A stretch of 30,610 nt of DNA from Actinomycetes bacterium (GTDB taxonomy: Bacteria; Actinomycetota; Acidimicrobiia; Acidimicrobiales; RAAP-2), in contig JAJYXS010000099.1 in assembly GCA_021801615.1 (NCBI GenBank), forward strand, positions 1-30,610. The letters run 5' to 3'. Made by a program: the position numbers and the translations under genes. The notes below the pieces were generated by a model. It searched no databases. It saw only the letters and a program-made list of their open reading frames with translations, and was not told the origin of the DNA. Shown here piece by piece: positions 9,886-19,708 of the stretch (positions are counted from its first letter, which is position 1; every line of letters begins with the position of its first letter).

Positions 9886-11529
9886 GAGACGCGATGTGAC
9901 GGGCCTCCATCGCCGGGCGCGCCAGGGCCGGGCGCGCCAGGGCCGCCGGCGCTCCTGGCGCCAGCGCACGTCGAAGGACGCGAAGACGACCCCCAGCGCG
10001 AGGCAGATCCCTGCGAGCACGAGGACGGGCAGGCCGCCGAGCCGTTCGTAGAGCGTGCGGCCGGCGTGAAGCTCGACCGTCGCGCGCAGCACCTGGCGCC
10101 GCCCGAGCGCGGAGCGCTCCCGCACCACGCCAGTCGCGCTCACCACGGTCGAGAAGCCCGTCGGCGCGGCCTGGACGAGGTCGCGCCCCTCCTCTACGGC
10201 CTGCAGTCGGTCCGCTGCCACCTCGAGGCTGGGGACCTGGGTCGACGCGTACGACGAGGTGTTCGTCGGCACCACGAGGAGCTGCGCGCCCGCGCGCGTG
10301 GCCGAGCGGCCGCGTGTCGCGAAGAACACCTCGTAGGAGAGCATGAGCCCGAGCCGGCCCGACGGCGTCGTGAGCTCGCCGGTCCCGCGGCCGGGGATCG
10401 CGTTGCGGGGGACCTCCGAGAGGTCGGCGAAGTGGGAGAAGAACGCCCTGTCGGGCACGTACTCTCCGAAGGGCACGCGGTGGACCTTCTCGTAGACGCC
10501 CACGACCCGGCCGTTCGGGCCCCAGGCGACCGCCTCGTTCCGGAAGGCCTTGGCGGAGACCACCTCGGTCACGCCTGCGATCAGCGTCGTGCGGAGGCGA
10601 CGAGCGAGCGACGAGAGGTACGCCGCGGCCGGGGTGCCAGAGAGGCGTGCGCCGACCCTGACCACGTCCTCGGGCCACACGACGAGGGAAGGAGCGTCGG
10701 CGCCTGCCAGGAGCTGCCTGGACGCCGCGACCTGCGCCGCAAGGACGCTCGAGGGCGCGACCTGGAGCTGGCTCACCCCACGCCGACCACCGCCCTGGAC
10801 GAGCGCCACCGTGCGCGTGCCGACCGACGCGCCCCCGTTCGGCGCGAACAGCGCGCCGGCGCCGGTCACGGCGACGAGCAGGAGCGAGGTGAGGCCGACC
10901 ACGATCGAGGTCCCCCGGCCTGCTTTCCCCTCGTGCGGCCAGCCGCGCAGCCCCGGCTGGCGCAGGCGACGACCCGCTCCGCCGGCGGCCGACCGGCTGC
11001 TCGCCGCCGCGCACGCGAGCCTCGCGAGCCCCGCACCTCCGAGCCAGACGAGGGCGGTCAGCAGCAGCGGCCCGCCGAGACGCACGACGTCGAGCAGCGG
11101 TCCGGTCGCCTGCCCGAGGAAGAGACCCCCGAGCGGCAACCCGCCGAAGGGCCAGGACACCCGCAACGCTTCGGCGAGCGTGAAGGCCCCGACGAACGAC
11201 GGGACCCGCCAGCTCGCCGGCGTCGAGGCGACCGCCGCGAACGCCATCGAGAGCGCCTCGACGACCATGAGCACGCCCGCCCCGTACCAGTTGAACGACA
11301 CCGCCCACCACAGCCCCGGGACGAAGCAGCCGAGGCCTGCCGCCCAGCCCGAGAGCAGGCGCGATCGCCATGGCAGCCCGTCGAGGCGCCAGAACACGAC
11401 GCCGGCACCGACGAAGGCGAGCGGCCACCACCCCCACGGCGGCAGGGAGAGGGCCAAGAGCAGCCCGCCGACGAGCGACGGCGCGACGACGCGGCCGAGG
11501 CCGGACAGCACGGCCATCCATGCTGCCAC
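9868..11529 (-). CDS. lnt: apolipoprotein N-acyltransferase (Ser at nucleophile position)
   Basis: N-terminal TM block, then nitrilase-fold motifs VVWPED, YEKVHRVPFGEYVP and GLMLSYEVFF; RAxEEGRDLVQAAPTGFS-like C-terminus. Confidence 0.93.
   Translation of the reverse strand: MAAWMAVLSGLGRVVAPSLVGGLLLALSLPPWGWWPLAFVGAGVVFWRLDGLPWRSRLLSGWAAGLGCFVPGLWWAVSFNWYGAGVLMVVEALSMAFAAVASTPASWRVPSFVGAFTLAEALRVSWPFGGLPLGGLFLGQATGPLLDVVRLGGPLLLTALVWLGGAGLARLACAAASSRSAAGGAGRRLRQPGLRGWPHEGKAGRGTSIVVGLTSLLLVAVTGAGALFAPNGGASVGTRTVALVQGGGRRGVSQLQVAPSSVLAAQVAASRQLLAGADAPSLVVWPEDVVRVGARLSGTPAAAYLSSLARRLRTTLIAGVTEVVSAKAFRNEAVAWGPNGRVVGVYEKVHRVPFGEYVPDRAFFSHFADLSEVPRNAIPGRGTGELTTPSGRLGLMLSYEVFFATRGRSATRAGAQLLVVPTNTSSYASTQVPSLEVAADRLQAVEEGRDLVQAAPTGFSTVVSATGVVRERSALGRRQVLRATVELHAGRTLYERLGGLPVLVLAGICLALGVVFASFDVRWRQERRRPWRARPWRARRWRPVTSRLGSLGR
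9915..9944 (+). repeat. 15-bp x2 in lnt tail (PWRAR)
   Basis: GGGCGCGCCAGGGCC, two exact copies. Confidence 0.85.
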
Positions 11530-11549
11530 GGGCTTGGGCGTGTGGCCCG

Positions 11550-11593
11550 GCGTGCGGAGCGGGCGCTGGGAGCGTGCGGAGCGGGCGCTGGGA
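11550..11593 (+). repeat. 22-bp x2 between hemY and lnt
   Basis: GCGTGCGGAGCGGGCGCTGGGA, two exact copies plus a partial third. Confidence 0.9.
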
Positions 11594-11607
11594 GCGGATG
11601 CGGCCCT

Positions 11608-13095
11608 TCAGGTCCTGGCCGCGCCGGCGGTCCCGCTCAGCTCTGCGACGACGTCGCTCGCGGCGTGCCGGCCGCTCTCGACGCATGCGGGGATGCCGAC
11701 GCCGTGGTAGGCCGCCCCTGCGATCGCGACGCCTCCCAGGCGGCGCACGGCGGCCTCCACGCTCGCCACGCGCAGCAGGTGGTGCACGCGGTACTGGGGC
11801 AGCGCGCGCGTCGCGCGCGAGACGATCACGTCGTCCGGCTCACCGGCCGCGTCCAGGAGCACGGTCAGCTCCTGGACGACGCGGTGGACCAGGTCGTCGT
11901 CGGTCATCGTCTCGTGGCGAGAGTCCCCGGCCCGACCGACCGACGCGCGCAGCAGGCGGATGCCGGGCAGGTCGAGGTGCGGCCACTTCGCCCACAGGTA
12001 GGTGCACGCGGTCACCATGAACGGCTCGCCGGCTGCCAGCCCCAGCTGCCGTGCCGCCTTCCGGGGCACGGGCGTCCCGTGGGGCACGAGGAGCCCGGTG
12101 CCGAAGAGGTCGTCGGGCAGCGCGTCCGCCGGGAACGCGAAGGTGACCACGGCCACCGACGCGTAGTCGATCGTCCGGAGGATCGCTGCGGCCTCGGGGT
12201 CGTGCGACGCCAGCAGCGCGGCGGCAGGGTCGGTGCCGGTGGCGATGACGACGCCGTCGACCGTGACCTGGCGGCCGCCGGCCTCCAGCACCCAGCGGGC
12301 TCCGGCGCGTCCCATCCTGTCCACCGGCTGTGCCAGGCGGACGTCCGCGCCCCGCTCGCCCAGGCGCTCGGCCAGCCGCTCGACGAGCGACGCGAACCCG
12401 CCGCGCAACGCCCAGAAGAGGGGTTGGTCGTCCAGATGGGCCCCCCGGGCGCGCAGCTGCCGGAGGGAGCGCATCAGGCTCGAGCGGCGCTGCGCCGCTG
12501 TCAGCAGGGCGGGGAAGAGCGCGGCCGCGCTCGCGTCGGCCACGCCGCCGGCGTGGATCCCGCCCACGAGGGGATCGACGAGCCGATCGACGGCTTGGCG
12601 GCCGAGCTTGCGCGAGACGAGCGGCCCGATCGCGCGGTCGCCGAGCGGTCCGCGCGTGTCCGGACGGGGAACGAGGATGTCGGCGGCCAGCCGGAGCGTC
12701 CCGCCGACCGAGAGGATCCCCGAGCGCGCGACGGGCAGGAGCTTCGTCGGCACGCCGAGGTAGAGGCCCTCGGGGATGGGCCTGCGCCGGCCGCGCGCCC
12801 AGATCGAGGCGCCCGACGTGGCGACCGGGACGAGCTCGTCTCCGAGGCCGACCTCGCGGCACAGCTGGGTGGCTTCGGGGCGCCGCCCGAGGAAGCTGTC
12901 CGGCCCGACGTCGACGGCCCGCCCACACAGCTGCACGCTCGCGAGCTTTCCCCCGAGCCTGGTCGACGACTCGAGCAGCACGACCGACGGTCCCTCCGCC
13001 GCCGGCCCTGTGGCGCCGCCGGTCAGCTCCCAGGCCGCTGCGAGCCCGGTGATGCCGCCGCCGACGACCGCGATCACGGGCGCCCCCGTGCTCAA
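11608..13095 (-). CDS. hemY: protoporphyrinogen/coproporphyrinogen III oxidase (HemY/CgoX)
   Basis: TTG at 13095 overlaps the hemH stop. IAVVGGGITGLAAAW FAD motif, RLGGK, DVGPDSFL, GGIHAG, GAAYHGVGIPACV. Confidence 0.93.
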   Translation of the reverse strand: MSTGAPVIAVVGGGITGLAAAWELTGGATGPAAEGPSVVLLESSTRLGGKLASVQLCGRAVDVGPDSFLGRRPEATQLCREVGLGDELVPVATSGASIWARGRRRPIPEGLYLGVPTKLLPVARSGILSVGGTLRLAADILVPRPDTRGPLGDRAIGPLVSRKLGRQAVDRLVDPLVGGIHAGGVADASAAALFPALLTAAQRRSSLMRSLRQLRARGAHLDDQPLFWALRGGFASLVERLAERLGERGADVRLAQPVDRMGRAGARWVLEAGGRQVTVDGVVIATGTDPAAALLASHDPEAAAILRTIDYASVAVVTFAFPADALPDDLFGTGLLVPHGTPVPRKAARQLGLAAGEPFMVTACTYLWAKWPHLDLPGIRLLRASVGRAGDSRHETMTDDDLVHRVVQELTVLLDAAGEPDDVIVSRATRALPQYRVHHLLRVASVEAAVRRLGGVAIAGAAYHGVGIPACVESGRHAASDVVAELSGTAGAART

Positions 13096-14171
13096 CGACC
13101 GGCCCTTTCGGTAGGCGGCGCCGGCGCCGTTGCGCCGTTGGGTGCCGGGCTCTTGCCGGCTCCATCTGCGGCGGTGCGCACCGCACGCGCGACGACCGCG
13201 CACAAGCGCGGGTCGTCGTTCAGCGACGCGGTTCGGGCGAACGCCAGCCCCTCCGCCTCGGCGACCCCGCGCGCCTCGACGTCGAGGTCGTAGAGCACCT
13301 CGAGATGGTCGGCGACGAAGCCGATCGGGCAGACCACGACTGCCGCGCCGGTCTGCCCGTCTCGTGCCTCGGCGCCGATCCTGCGGAGCGCCCCGAGGAG
13401 GTCGGGACCGATCCACGGTTCGGGCGTGCGCCCGGCGCTCTGCCAGGCGACCTCCCAGGACGCGCCTCTCGCGCCGAGCCCGGCCACGCTCGCCACCGCG
13501 GCGGCCGACGCCTGGACCTGGTCGGGGTAGGGGTCGCCCGCCGCGATCACGCGCTCGGGGAGCGAGTGGGCGGTGAAGAGCACCGTGGCCCAGGCACCGT
13601 CCCTGCGGGTGCCGGTCCTGCGAGTGCTGTCCCTGCGGGCACCGGCGCTGCAGGCAGCGAGCCCGTCGAGCGCCGCAGAGACCCGCTCGGCCATGAGCTC
13701 GGCGAAGCCGGGCGTGTCGTACCACTGGAGCACGCGCACGAAGCGGGGCGCGGATCTGCTCGACGCGAGCGCCTTCCCGGCGCGCTCGAGGTACTCGTCG
13801 GACCCCAGGGACGCGCGGTGCGGCGCGAGGACGACGCCGACCACCTGACGGACATCCGTCCTCGCCAGCTCGGCGGCGGCGTCCTCGATGAAGGGGTCCG
13901 TGTGCTTGGCCCCGAAGCGCACGACGTACCTGCCGGGCTCGGTGTCCTCGAGGACGGCTGCGATCCCGGCGACCTGGGCCTCGGTACGCGCCGCGAGCGG
14001 TGAGGTGCCTCCGACCGCCTCGTAGCGGCGCACGAGGTCCGAGAGCTGTGCTGGCGAGGGGGGTCGGCCGTGGCGGATCCTCGTGTAGAAGGCGTCGATC
14101 GACGACGGGTCGGCGGGGGTGCCGTGCGCCATCACGAGCACGCCAACCTTGCCTTGCGCGGCGCCCTTCAT
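13092..14171 (-). CDS. hemH: ferrochelatase (coproporphyrin ferrochelatase type)
   Basis: ATG at 14171 overlaps the hemE stop. [49 protein letters not shown]. Confidence 0.95.
   Translation of the reverse strand: MKGAAQGKVGVLVMAHGTPADPSSIDAFYTRIRHGRPPSPAQLSDLVRRYEAVGGTSPLAARTEAQVAGIAAVLEDTEPGRYVVRFGAKHTDPFIEDAAAELARTDVRQVVGVVLAPHRASLGSDEYLERAGKALASSRSAPRFVRVLQWYDTPGFAELMAERVSAALDGLAACSAGARRDSTRRTGTRRDGAWATVLFTAHSLPERVIAAGDPYPDQVQASAAAVASVAGLGARGASWEVAWQSAGRTPEPWIGPDLLGALRRIGAEARDGQTGAAVVVCPIGFVADHLEVLYDLDVEARGVAEAEGLAFARTASLNDDPRLCAVVARAVRTAADGAGKSPAPNGATAPAPPTERAGR
13599..13654 (+). repeat. decaying 15-bp array inside hemH
   Basis: GTCCCTGCGGGTGCC / GGTCCTGCGAGTGCT / GTCCCTGCGGGCACC, encoding the [15 protein letters not shown] insertion. 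Confidence 0.75.
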
Positions 14172-15262
14172 CTCGGGGTGGTCCCTGCCCGGCCTTCGGC
14201 GTGCACGAGCTCCACGAGCGCGCAGAGTACCCCGGGGTCGGTCTCGGGGAGCACGCCGTGCCCGAGGTTGAAGACGTGCCCCGGAGCGCTCCCGGCCCGC
14301 CGCAGGACGTCGCGCGCCTCGTCGGCGACCACCTCCCACGGCGCGAGGCAGACCGCGGGGTCGAGGTTCCCCTGGACTGCGTGGTCGGGGCCCACCCGCC
14401 GCCGTGCCGCATCGAGGGGCACGCGCCAGTCCACGCCGACGACCTGCGCGCCCGCCTGCGCCATGAGCGGCAACAGCTCCCCGGTCCCGACGCCGAAGAC
14501 GATGCCGGGGACCCCGAGCGCCCGGACGGCCTCGAAGACCCGTCGCGTGGCGGCCAGTGCGAACCGCTCGTACTCGCTCGGCGAGAGGACGCCCGCCCAG
14601 CTGTCGAAGAGCTGCACGACGCTGGCGCCGGCGTGCACCTGGGCGCCGAGGGATGCCGCCGCGATGTCGGCCAGCCTCCCGACGAGCGCGTGCCAGAGGG
14701 CGGGGTCCGAGTGCATGAGCGCCTTCACCCGCGCGAAGGTGCGCGAGGGCCCGCCCTCCACGAGGTAGCTCGCCACCGTGAACGGCGCGCCGGCGAACCC
14801 GATGAGGGGCACGCCGGGGCCGAGCTCGCGCACCACGAGCGCCGCTGCTTCCGCGACGTAGGGCGCATCCTCCTCGGGGACGAACGGGCGGAGGCGTGCG
14901 AGGTCCGCTCTCGAGGTGAACGGCTGGGCGACGACGGGTCCGCGGCCGGGCTCCACCGTGACGCCGAAGCCGATCGCGTGGAGCGGCACCACGATGTCGG
15001 AGAAGAGGATCGCCGCGTCGACCCCGTAGCGGCGCACCGGCTGGAGGGTCAGCTCTGCGGCCAGCGCAGGGTCGGAGATCGCCTCGAGGATCGCGCCCGA
15101 GCCGCGCGCCGCGCGGTACTCGGGGAGCGAGCGCCCCGCTTGGCGCATGAACCACACAGGGGTGTGCGGCACCGGTCGGCGCCGGCAGGCGAGGAGGAGG
15201 GGAGGGACGGGGGGCATGGCCGCTCGGGGGTCGGAGCCGCCCGGGTCGCCTGTGGCCAGCAT
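14168..15262 (-). CDS. hemE: uroporphyrinogen decarboxylase
   Basis: [57 protein letters not shown]. Alternative start at the downstream ATG (MPPVPP). Confidence 0.97.
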   Translation of the reverse strand: MLATGDPGGSDPRAAMPPVPPLLLACRRRPVPHTPVWFMRQAGRSLPEYRAARGSGAILEAISDPALAAELTLQPVRRYGVDAAILFSDIVVPLHAIGFGVTVEPGRGPVVAQPFTSRADLARLRPFVPEEDAPYVAEAAALVVRELGPGVPLIGFAGAPFTVASYLVEGGPSRTFARVKALMHSDPALWHALVGRLADIAAASLGAQVHAGASVVQLFDSWAGVLSPSEYERFALAATRRVFEAVRALGVPGIVFGVGTGELLPLMAQAGAQVVGVDWRVPLDAARRRVGPDHAVQGNLDPAVCLAPWEVVADEARDVLRRAGSAPGHVFNLGHGVLPETDPGVLCALVELVHAEGRAGTTPR

Positions 15263-15336
15263 GACTGAGATCTTCGCAGTCGGCCGGGACCCCCACCACC
15301 GCGCGCCGGCCCGTCGTCGACGCGGCTAAGGCCACC

Positions 15337-15342
15337 TAGACT
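15337..15342 (+). promoter_or_regulatory. -10 hexamer candidate for helD
   Basis: TAGACT (TANNNT) about 40 bp upstream of the GTG and RBS. Confidence 0.45.
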
Positions 15343-15380
15343 GGTTCGTTCGCTCGGCTGGCTGGGAGGACTTCGACGAC

Positions 15381-17822
15381 GTGACCCACGAGCAGGACGT
15401 CCAGGAAGAGCAGCGCTTCCTGGACAGGGCGTACGAGGGCCTCGAGTCGATGCGCGCCGAAGCCGCCGGGATGCTCGAGTCCGTGCTCGACCTCGGGCGC
15501 GGAGGCACCTTCCAGTCCCGCACCGAGCGGGACATCGTGGTTCGGACGAGCCTTGCGCGCCTCGCGCAGCTCGACATCGGCGACCAGGCGCTGTGCTTCG
15601 GGCGGATCGACCGGGTGCCCGAAGCGGGCCAGCTCCAGGGCGAGGTCTTCCACATCGGGCGGCTCGCCGTCTCAGGGCCCGATCGCGAGCCGCTCGTCGT
15701 CGACTGGCGCGCCCCGGTCGCCGAGCCCTTCTACCGGGCGACCGGGCTCGACCCCCAGGGGCTCGCGCGGCGCCGGCACCTCGCGGTGAGCGGGCGCACC
15801 GTCACCGGGGTGGAGGACGAGTACTTCTTTCTCGGGGCTCCCCAGCAGGGCAACGGCGCAGAGGGCGGCCCGCCCGGCAGCGGCGCGAGCACGGGAGCGG
15901 GCCTGGCCGAGGGGATCTCCCTCGGCGGGCCCGGCGCCCTCCTCGCCGCGCTGGGCCAGGCGCGCACCGGGCGGATGGGAGACATCGTCGCGACGATCCA
16001 GCGCGAGCAGGACGAGATCATCCGCTCGCCGCTGGGCGGGGTCCTCATGGTCCAGGGCGGGCCGGGGACCGGCAAGACGGCCGTGGCGCTGCACCGCGCC
16101 GCCTACCTCCTCTACACGCACCGTTTTCCCTTGGAGCGCCAGGGCGTCCTGGTCGTCGGTCCGAACCCGCTGTTCCTCGGCTACATCGAGCGGGTCCTCC
16201 CGTCGCTCGGTGAGAGCGGGGTGACGCTGTCGACGGTCGCCGGCCTGGTCCCCGAGATCCGCGTCCGTGCCGTCGAGGCGCCCTCGGTCGCCCGGCTGAA
16301 GGGCGACATCCGCATGGCGAAGGTGGTCGCGAAGGCGGTGCGCACGCGCCAGCGGGCCCTCCGGCACGACCTCGAGGTGCCGTTCGGGTCGACGACGCTG
16401 CGTCTCCCAGCCGCCGAGTCCGAGCGGATCGTCGCCGCCGCGCGACGGCGCCCGGGCTCGCACAACGCGCGCCGTCGCTTCGTCGAACAGCAGGTCCTCC
16501 AGCGCCTCGCCGAGCAGTACGACCGGGCGCGCCGGCGCGGCGTCGCTGCAGGCCGCGTGCTGCCCGCCCTCCCCGACGAGCCGAGGGAGCCGAGGGAAAG
16601 GGGCGGCCGGGGATCGACGGCCACCGGTGCCACAGGGCCGGCCGAGGCCGACGCCGCGGAGCTGCGGCGCCGGATCCGAAGGAACCCCGTCGTCGCCGAC
16701 GCGCTCGACCGGATGTGGCCGCGACTGTCGGCGCACGAGCTGATCCACGACCTCTTCGGCGCCCGCCCGCTGCTTGCCGCCGCGGGCGCCGGTGTCCTGT
16801 CGAGCGCAGAGCTGGCCTCGCTGCACCGACCGCGCAGCGCGTCGCTCGACCAGGTGCCCTGGACCGCCGCCGATGCGCCGCTCGTGGACGAGGCGCGCGC
16901 GCTCCTCGGTCCCCGCCGCCGGCGCCAGCGTCCGCGTCCGACTCCGGAGCGAGCCGACGCGCTGCGCGGCGAGCTCGGCTTCTGGCCGGCCGGCCTCGAA
17001 CCGAGCCCGCTTCCCGAGCGGAACGGGGACGTGCCAGAAGAGGAGGTGCGAGCCTTCGGCCACATCGTCGTGGACGAAGCCCAGGACCTCTCGCCGATGC
17101 AGCTGCGGATGCTCGCCCGACGGTCGATCTCGGGGTCCATGACCGTCGTCGGCGACCTCGCACAGGCGACCGGCCCTTGGGCGCCCCACGGCTGGGAGGA
17201 GGTGGAGCGGCACCTGAGCCCGGCCCGTCGCGCGCGGATCGCCGAGCTCTCGGTGAGCTACCGCACCCCTGCCGAGGTGATGGCGGTGGCGGCGGGCGTG
17301 CTCGCCCTCGCCGCGCCGGGCGTGCGCGCGCCCAGCTCGGTGCGCCGCTCGGGGGTCGCACCGACGGCCTGGCGGGCCGAGCCTGGGCGGGTCGCGGGGC
17401 GCACGGCCGAGGTCGCCGCCTCCGAGCTCGCCGCAGCCGAGGGCGGGCGGGTCGCCGTCCTTGTCCCCGAGGAGATGATCGGCGAGGTGACCCGGGCGCT
17501 CGACGCCGCGGCGCTCGGCCCCGTCGACCCGAGGCGTCCCGAGGGTCCGGGGCTCGCCGCGGCGCTCGTGGTCCTGCCCGCGGCCGACTCCCACGGTCTC
17601 GAGTTCGACGCGGTGGTCGTGGTCGAGCCCGCGGCCATCGCGGCCGGCGGCGGCACGGCCGGAGAGCGCAGGGACGGCGACGGAGACGGTGACCACGCCC
17701 GGCGCCCGTCTCGGCCGACGACCGCCGGCTACCGGGCGCTCTACGTCGCGCTCACGCGCCCGACCCGCCGGCTGGCGGTCGTCCACGAACGAGACCTCCC
17801 AGAAGGCCTGGTCATCGGCTGA
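15381..17822 (+). CDS. helD: HelD/HelR-family RNA polymerase recycling SF1 helicase-like ATPase
   Basis: FGRID, YIG-like HIGR, VVDWRAPVAEPFY, DIVATIQREQDEIIR, GGPGTGKTAVALHRAAYLLY, GHIVVDEAQD, SYRTPAE, GLEFD, LYVALTR. RBS GGGAGGA at 15364-15370. Confidence 0.88.
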   Translation: MTHEQDVQEEQRFLDRAYEGLESMRAEAAGMLESVLDLGRGGTFQSRTERDIVVRTSLARLAQLDIGDQALCFGRIDRVPEAGQLQGEVFHIGRLAVSGPDREPLVVDWRAPVAEPFYRATGLDPQGLARRRHLAVSGRTVTGVEDEYFFLGAPQQGNGAEGGPPGSGASTGAGLAEGISLGGPGALLAALGQARTGRMGDIVATIQREQDEIIRSPLGGVLMVQGGPGTGKTAVALHRAAYLLYTHRFPLERQGVLVVGPNPLFLGYIERVLPSLGESGVTLSTVAGLVPEIRVRAVEAPSVARLKGDIRMAKVVAKAVRTRQRALRHDLEVPFGSTTLRLPAAESERIVAAARRRPGSHNARRRFVEQQVLQRLAEQYDRARRRGVAAGRVLPALPDEPREPRERGGRGSTATGATGPAEADAAELRRRIRRNPVVADALDRMWPRLSAHELIHDLFGARPLLAAAGAGVLSSAELASLHRPRSASLDQVPWTAADAPLVDEARALLGPRRRRQRPRPTPERADALRGELGFWPAGLEPSPLPERNGDVPEEEVRAFGHIVVDEAQDLSPMQLRMLARRSISGSMTVVGDLAQATGPWAPHGWEEVERHLSPARRARIAELSVSYRTPAEVMAVAAGVLALAAPGVRAPSSVRRSGVAPTAWRAEPGRVAGRTAEVAASELAAAEGGRVAVLVPEEMIGEVTRALDAAALGPVDPRRPEGPGLAAALVVLPAADSHGLEFDAVVVVEPAAIAAGGGTAGERRDGDGDGDHARRPSRPTTAGYRALYVALTRPTRRLAVVHERDLPEGLVIG

Positions 17823-17975
17823 CCGAGGTGCCGGCCGTGGCCGGGGACGAGCTGCGGGCCTGGGGATCCGGCCCGGGACCCCCTCGTCGGCCCGGCGGAG
17901 GAGACCTCGCGACGCTCCGGCCGGCTGCGCAGGGAGTTGGCGCCGCGGCAGCGGGGTCGGCTAGGAAATAGGCCC

Positions 17976-18572
17976 GTGAGCCAGGCCATCTCGGTGCCGC
18001 AGCCGGGCAAGCCCGCACGGATCGTGCACGACCGACCGCCGATGCTCGCGGTCGGCGTCATGATCTGGCTCGGCTCCGAGCTCATGTTCTTCAGCGGCCT
18101 GTTCGCCGCGTTCTTCACCATCAGGGCGAACGATCACCCCTGGCCGCCGGTGGGGACCCATCTCGACGTGGTGCAGGCCGGCATCTTCACGGCGATCCTG
18201 GTGTCGTCCAGCTTCACGATGCAGTACGCGGTGTTCCTCGAGGAGCGGCTCGACCGGCGCGGGGCGCGGACGTGGATCGCGGCGACGATGGTGCTCGGGC
18301 TCATGTTCCTCGGCAACCAGTTCTACGAGTGGGTCACCCAGACCACCAGGTGGAACACGAACGCCTACGGGTCGCTCTTCTACATCATGTCGGGCCTCCA
18401 CGGCCTCCACGTCTTCATCGGGCTCGTGGCCATGGTGTTCCTGCTCGGCCGGATGAAGGGCCCTGCGGGCGACCCCGGCGAGCTCGCCGTCTTCCAGGGC
18501 GTGAGCTACTACTGGCACTTCGTCGACATCGTGTGGATCGGACTGTACAGTTGCCTCTTCCTCTTGAAGTAG
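17976..18572 (+). CDS. ctaE: cytochrome c oxidase subunit III
   Basis: GTG at 17976. IWLGSELMFFSGLF, YGSLFYIMSGLHGLHV, YYWHFVDIVW; directly upstream of qcrC. Confidence 0.94.
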   Translation: MSQAISVPQPGKPARIVHDRPPMLAVGVMIWLGSELMFFSGLFAAFFTIRANDHPWPPVGTHLDVVQAGIFTAILVSSSFTMQYAVFLEERLDRRGARTWIAATMVLGLMFLGNQFYEWVTQTTRWNTNAYGSLFYIMSGLHGLHVFIGLVAMVFLLGRMKGPAGDPGELAVFQGVSYYWHFVDIVWIGLYSCLFLLK

Positions 18573-18597
18573 GGGCTCCTCTCGGGGGAGCCACCGC

Positions 18598-19686
18598 GTG
18601 ATCCGGGTGGCCCGCCGATTGGCGAGGAGCCGGTTCGCGCTGCCCGGCGCGCTGCTGCTCGCGGTCGGGTTGTGGAGCGCGCTCTCCCTCCCCTCGGGCG
18701 CCCAGGCCGCCTCGAAGTCCGGTTCGCACCGGGCGCACCATCTGCGCGGCGCGAAGGGACCCGGCACACGGACGCCGACGGGCGCACAGGCGTCGAAGCC
18801 CCCGCCGCGCACAGGCCACCACGTCCTCCCGACACCCGGTGCCACCATCTTCGTCAACACAAAGCCGCGCGTGACACCGCACGCGACAGCGTGCACCAGG
18901 GACGCCGAGCGGATCGGCTACCGATCCCCGAAGGACAGCGGCTCTCCGCAGAACAGCACACCGAGGTACCTCGTGTGCTCGCACGGCGAGGTGGTGCAGT
19001 ACGGCGACAACGCCATCGTCTACCGACTTCCACCGGCCTCCTACATCGCCGCGGGGCACAAGCTCTTCGAGGAGAACTGCTCGAGCTGCCATCTGGCGAC
19101 AGCCCAGGGGAGCGCCGCCGCGCCCTCCCTGCGCGGCGTGGGCCCTGCGACGGTCGACTTCTGGATCACCACCGGGCGCATGCCGGCGGCGACCCCGCTG
19201 CAGGTCCAGGCCACAGAGAAGCCGCCCCGCCTCACGAAACGGCAGGCCGAGGAGGTCGCCGCCTGGGTCAACTCGCTCACACCCTCGGCGCCGTACATCC
19301 CCGAGGTGAACCTGAAGGGCGCGAACCTCCGGGAGGGGGCGACACTCTTCGCGCTGAACTGCGCCGCCTGCCACACCATCACCGGTGCCGGCGACGCGCT
19401 CGCCTACGGCACCTACGCCCCGTCCCTGCACGCCGCGAGCCCCCAGCAGGTGGCCGAGGCCCTCCGCACCGGGCCCGGCAACATGCCGCGCTTCACGGGG
19501 AACCTGTCCGACGCCCAGGTGCGCGACATCGTGGCCTACGTCACCGAGAAGATCCAGCACCCCACGAACGCCGGCGGCTTCGGCCTGGGCGGCGTCGGGC
19601 CGGTGGCAGAGGGGTTCGTGGGGCTGCTCTTCGGCGTCGGGGGGCTCGTGCTGGTGGGCTTCTGGATCGGTGAGCGCGCGAAGTGA
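18598..19686 (+). CDS. qcrC: cytochrome bc1 diheme cytochrome c subunit, with N-terminal extension
   Basis: Two CxxCH motifs (CSSCH, CAACH) with distal Met (GRMP, GNMP); C-terminal GLGGVGPVAEG TM anchor; RBS GGGGGAG. Confidence 0.94.
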   Translation: MIRVARRLARSRFALPGALLLAVGLWSALSLPSGAQAASKSGSHRAHHLRGAKGPGTRTPTGAQASKPPPRTGHHVLPTPGATIFVNTKPRVTPHATACTRDAERIGYRSPKDSGSPQNSTPRYLVCSHGEVVQYGDNAIVYRLPPASYIAAGHKLFEENCSSCHLATAQGSAAAPSLRGVGPATVDFWITTGRMPAATPLQVQATEKPPRLTKRQAEEVAAWVNSLTPSAPYIPEVNLKGANLREGATLFALNCAACHTITGAGDALAYGTYAPSLHAASPQQVAEALRTGPGNMPRFTGNLSDAQVRDIVAYVTEKIQHPTNAGGFGLGGVGPVAEGFVGLLFGVGGLVLVGFWIGERAK

Positions 19687-19708
19687 CACGCAGCGAGGAG
19701 GTGAGGAG

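Noticed and set aside
11608-15335. HemE-HemH or HemH-HemY fusions implied by ORFs 13092..15335 and 11608..14412
   Set aside because: Each gene has its own stop overlapping the next start (14168-14171, 13092-13095); the extensions are shadow frames.
15318-15336. Rifamycin-associated element (RAE) upstream of helD
   Set aside because: GCGGCTAAGGCC resembles part of the RAE as I remember it, but no palindrome is present. A PWM scan would be needed, so HelR identity is not claimed.
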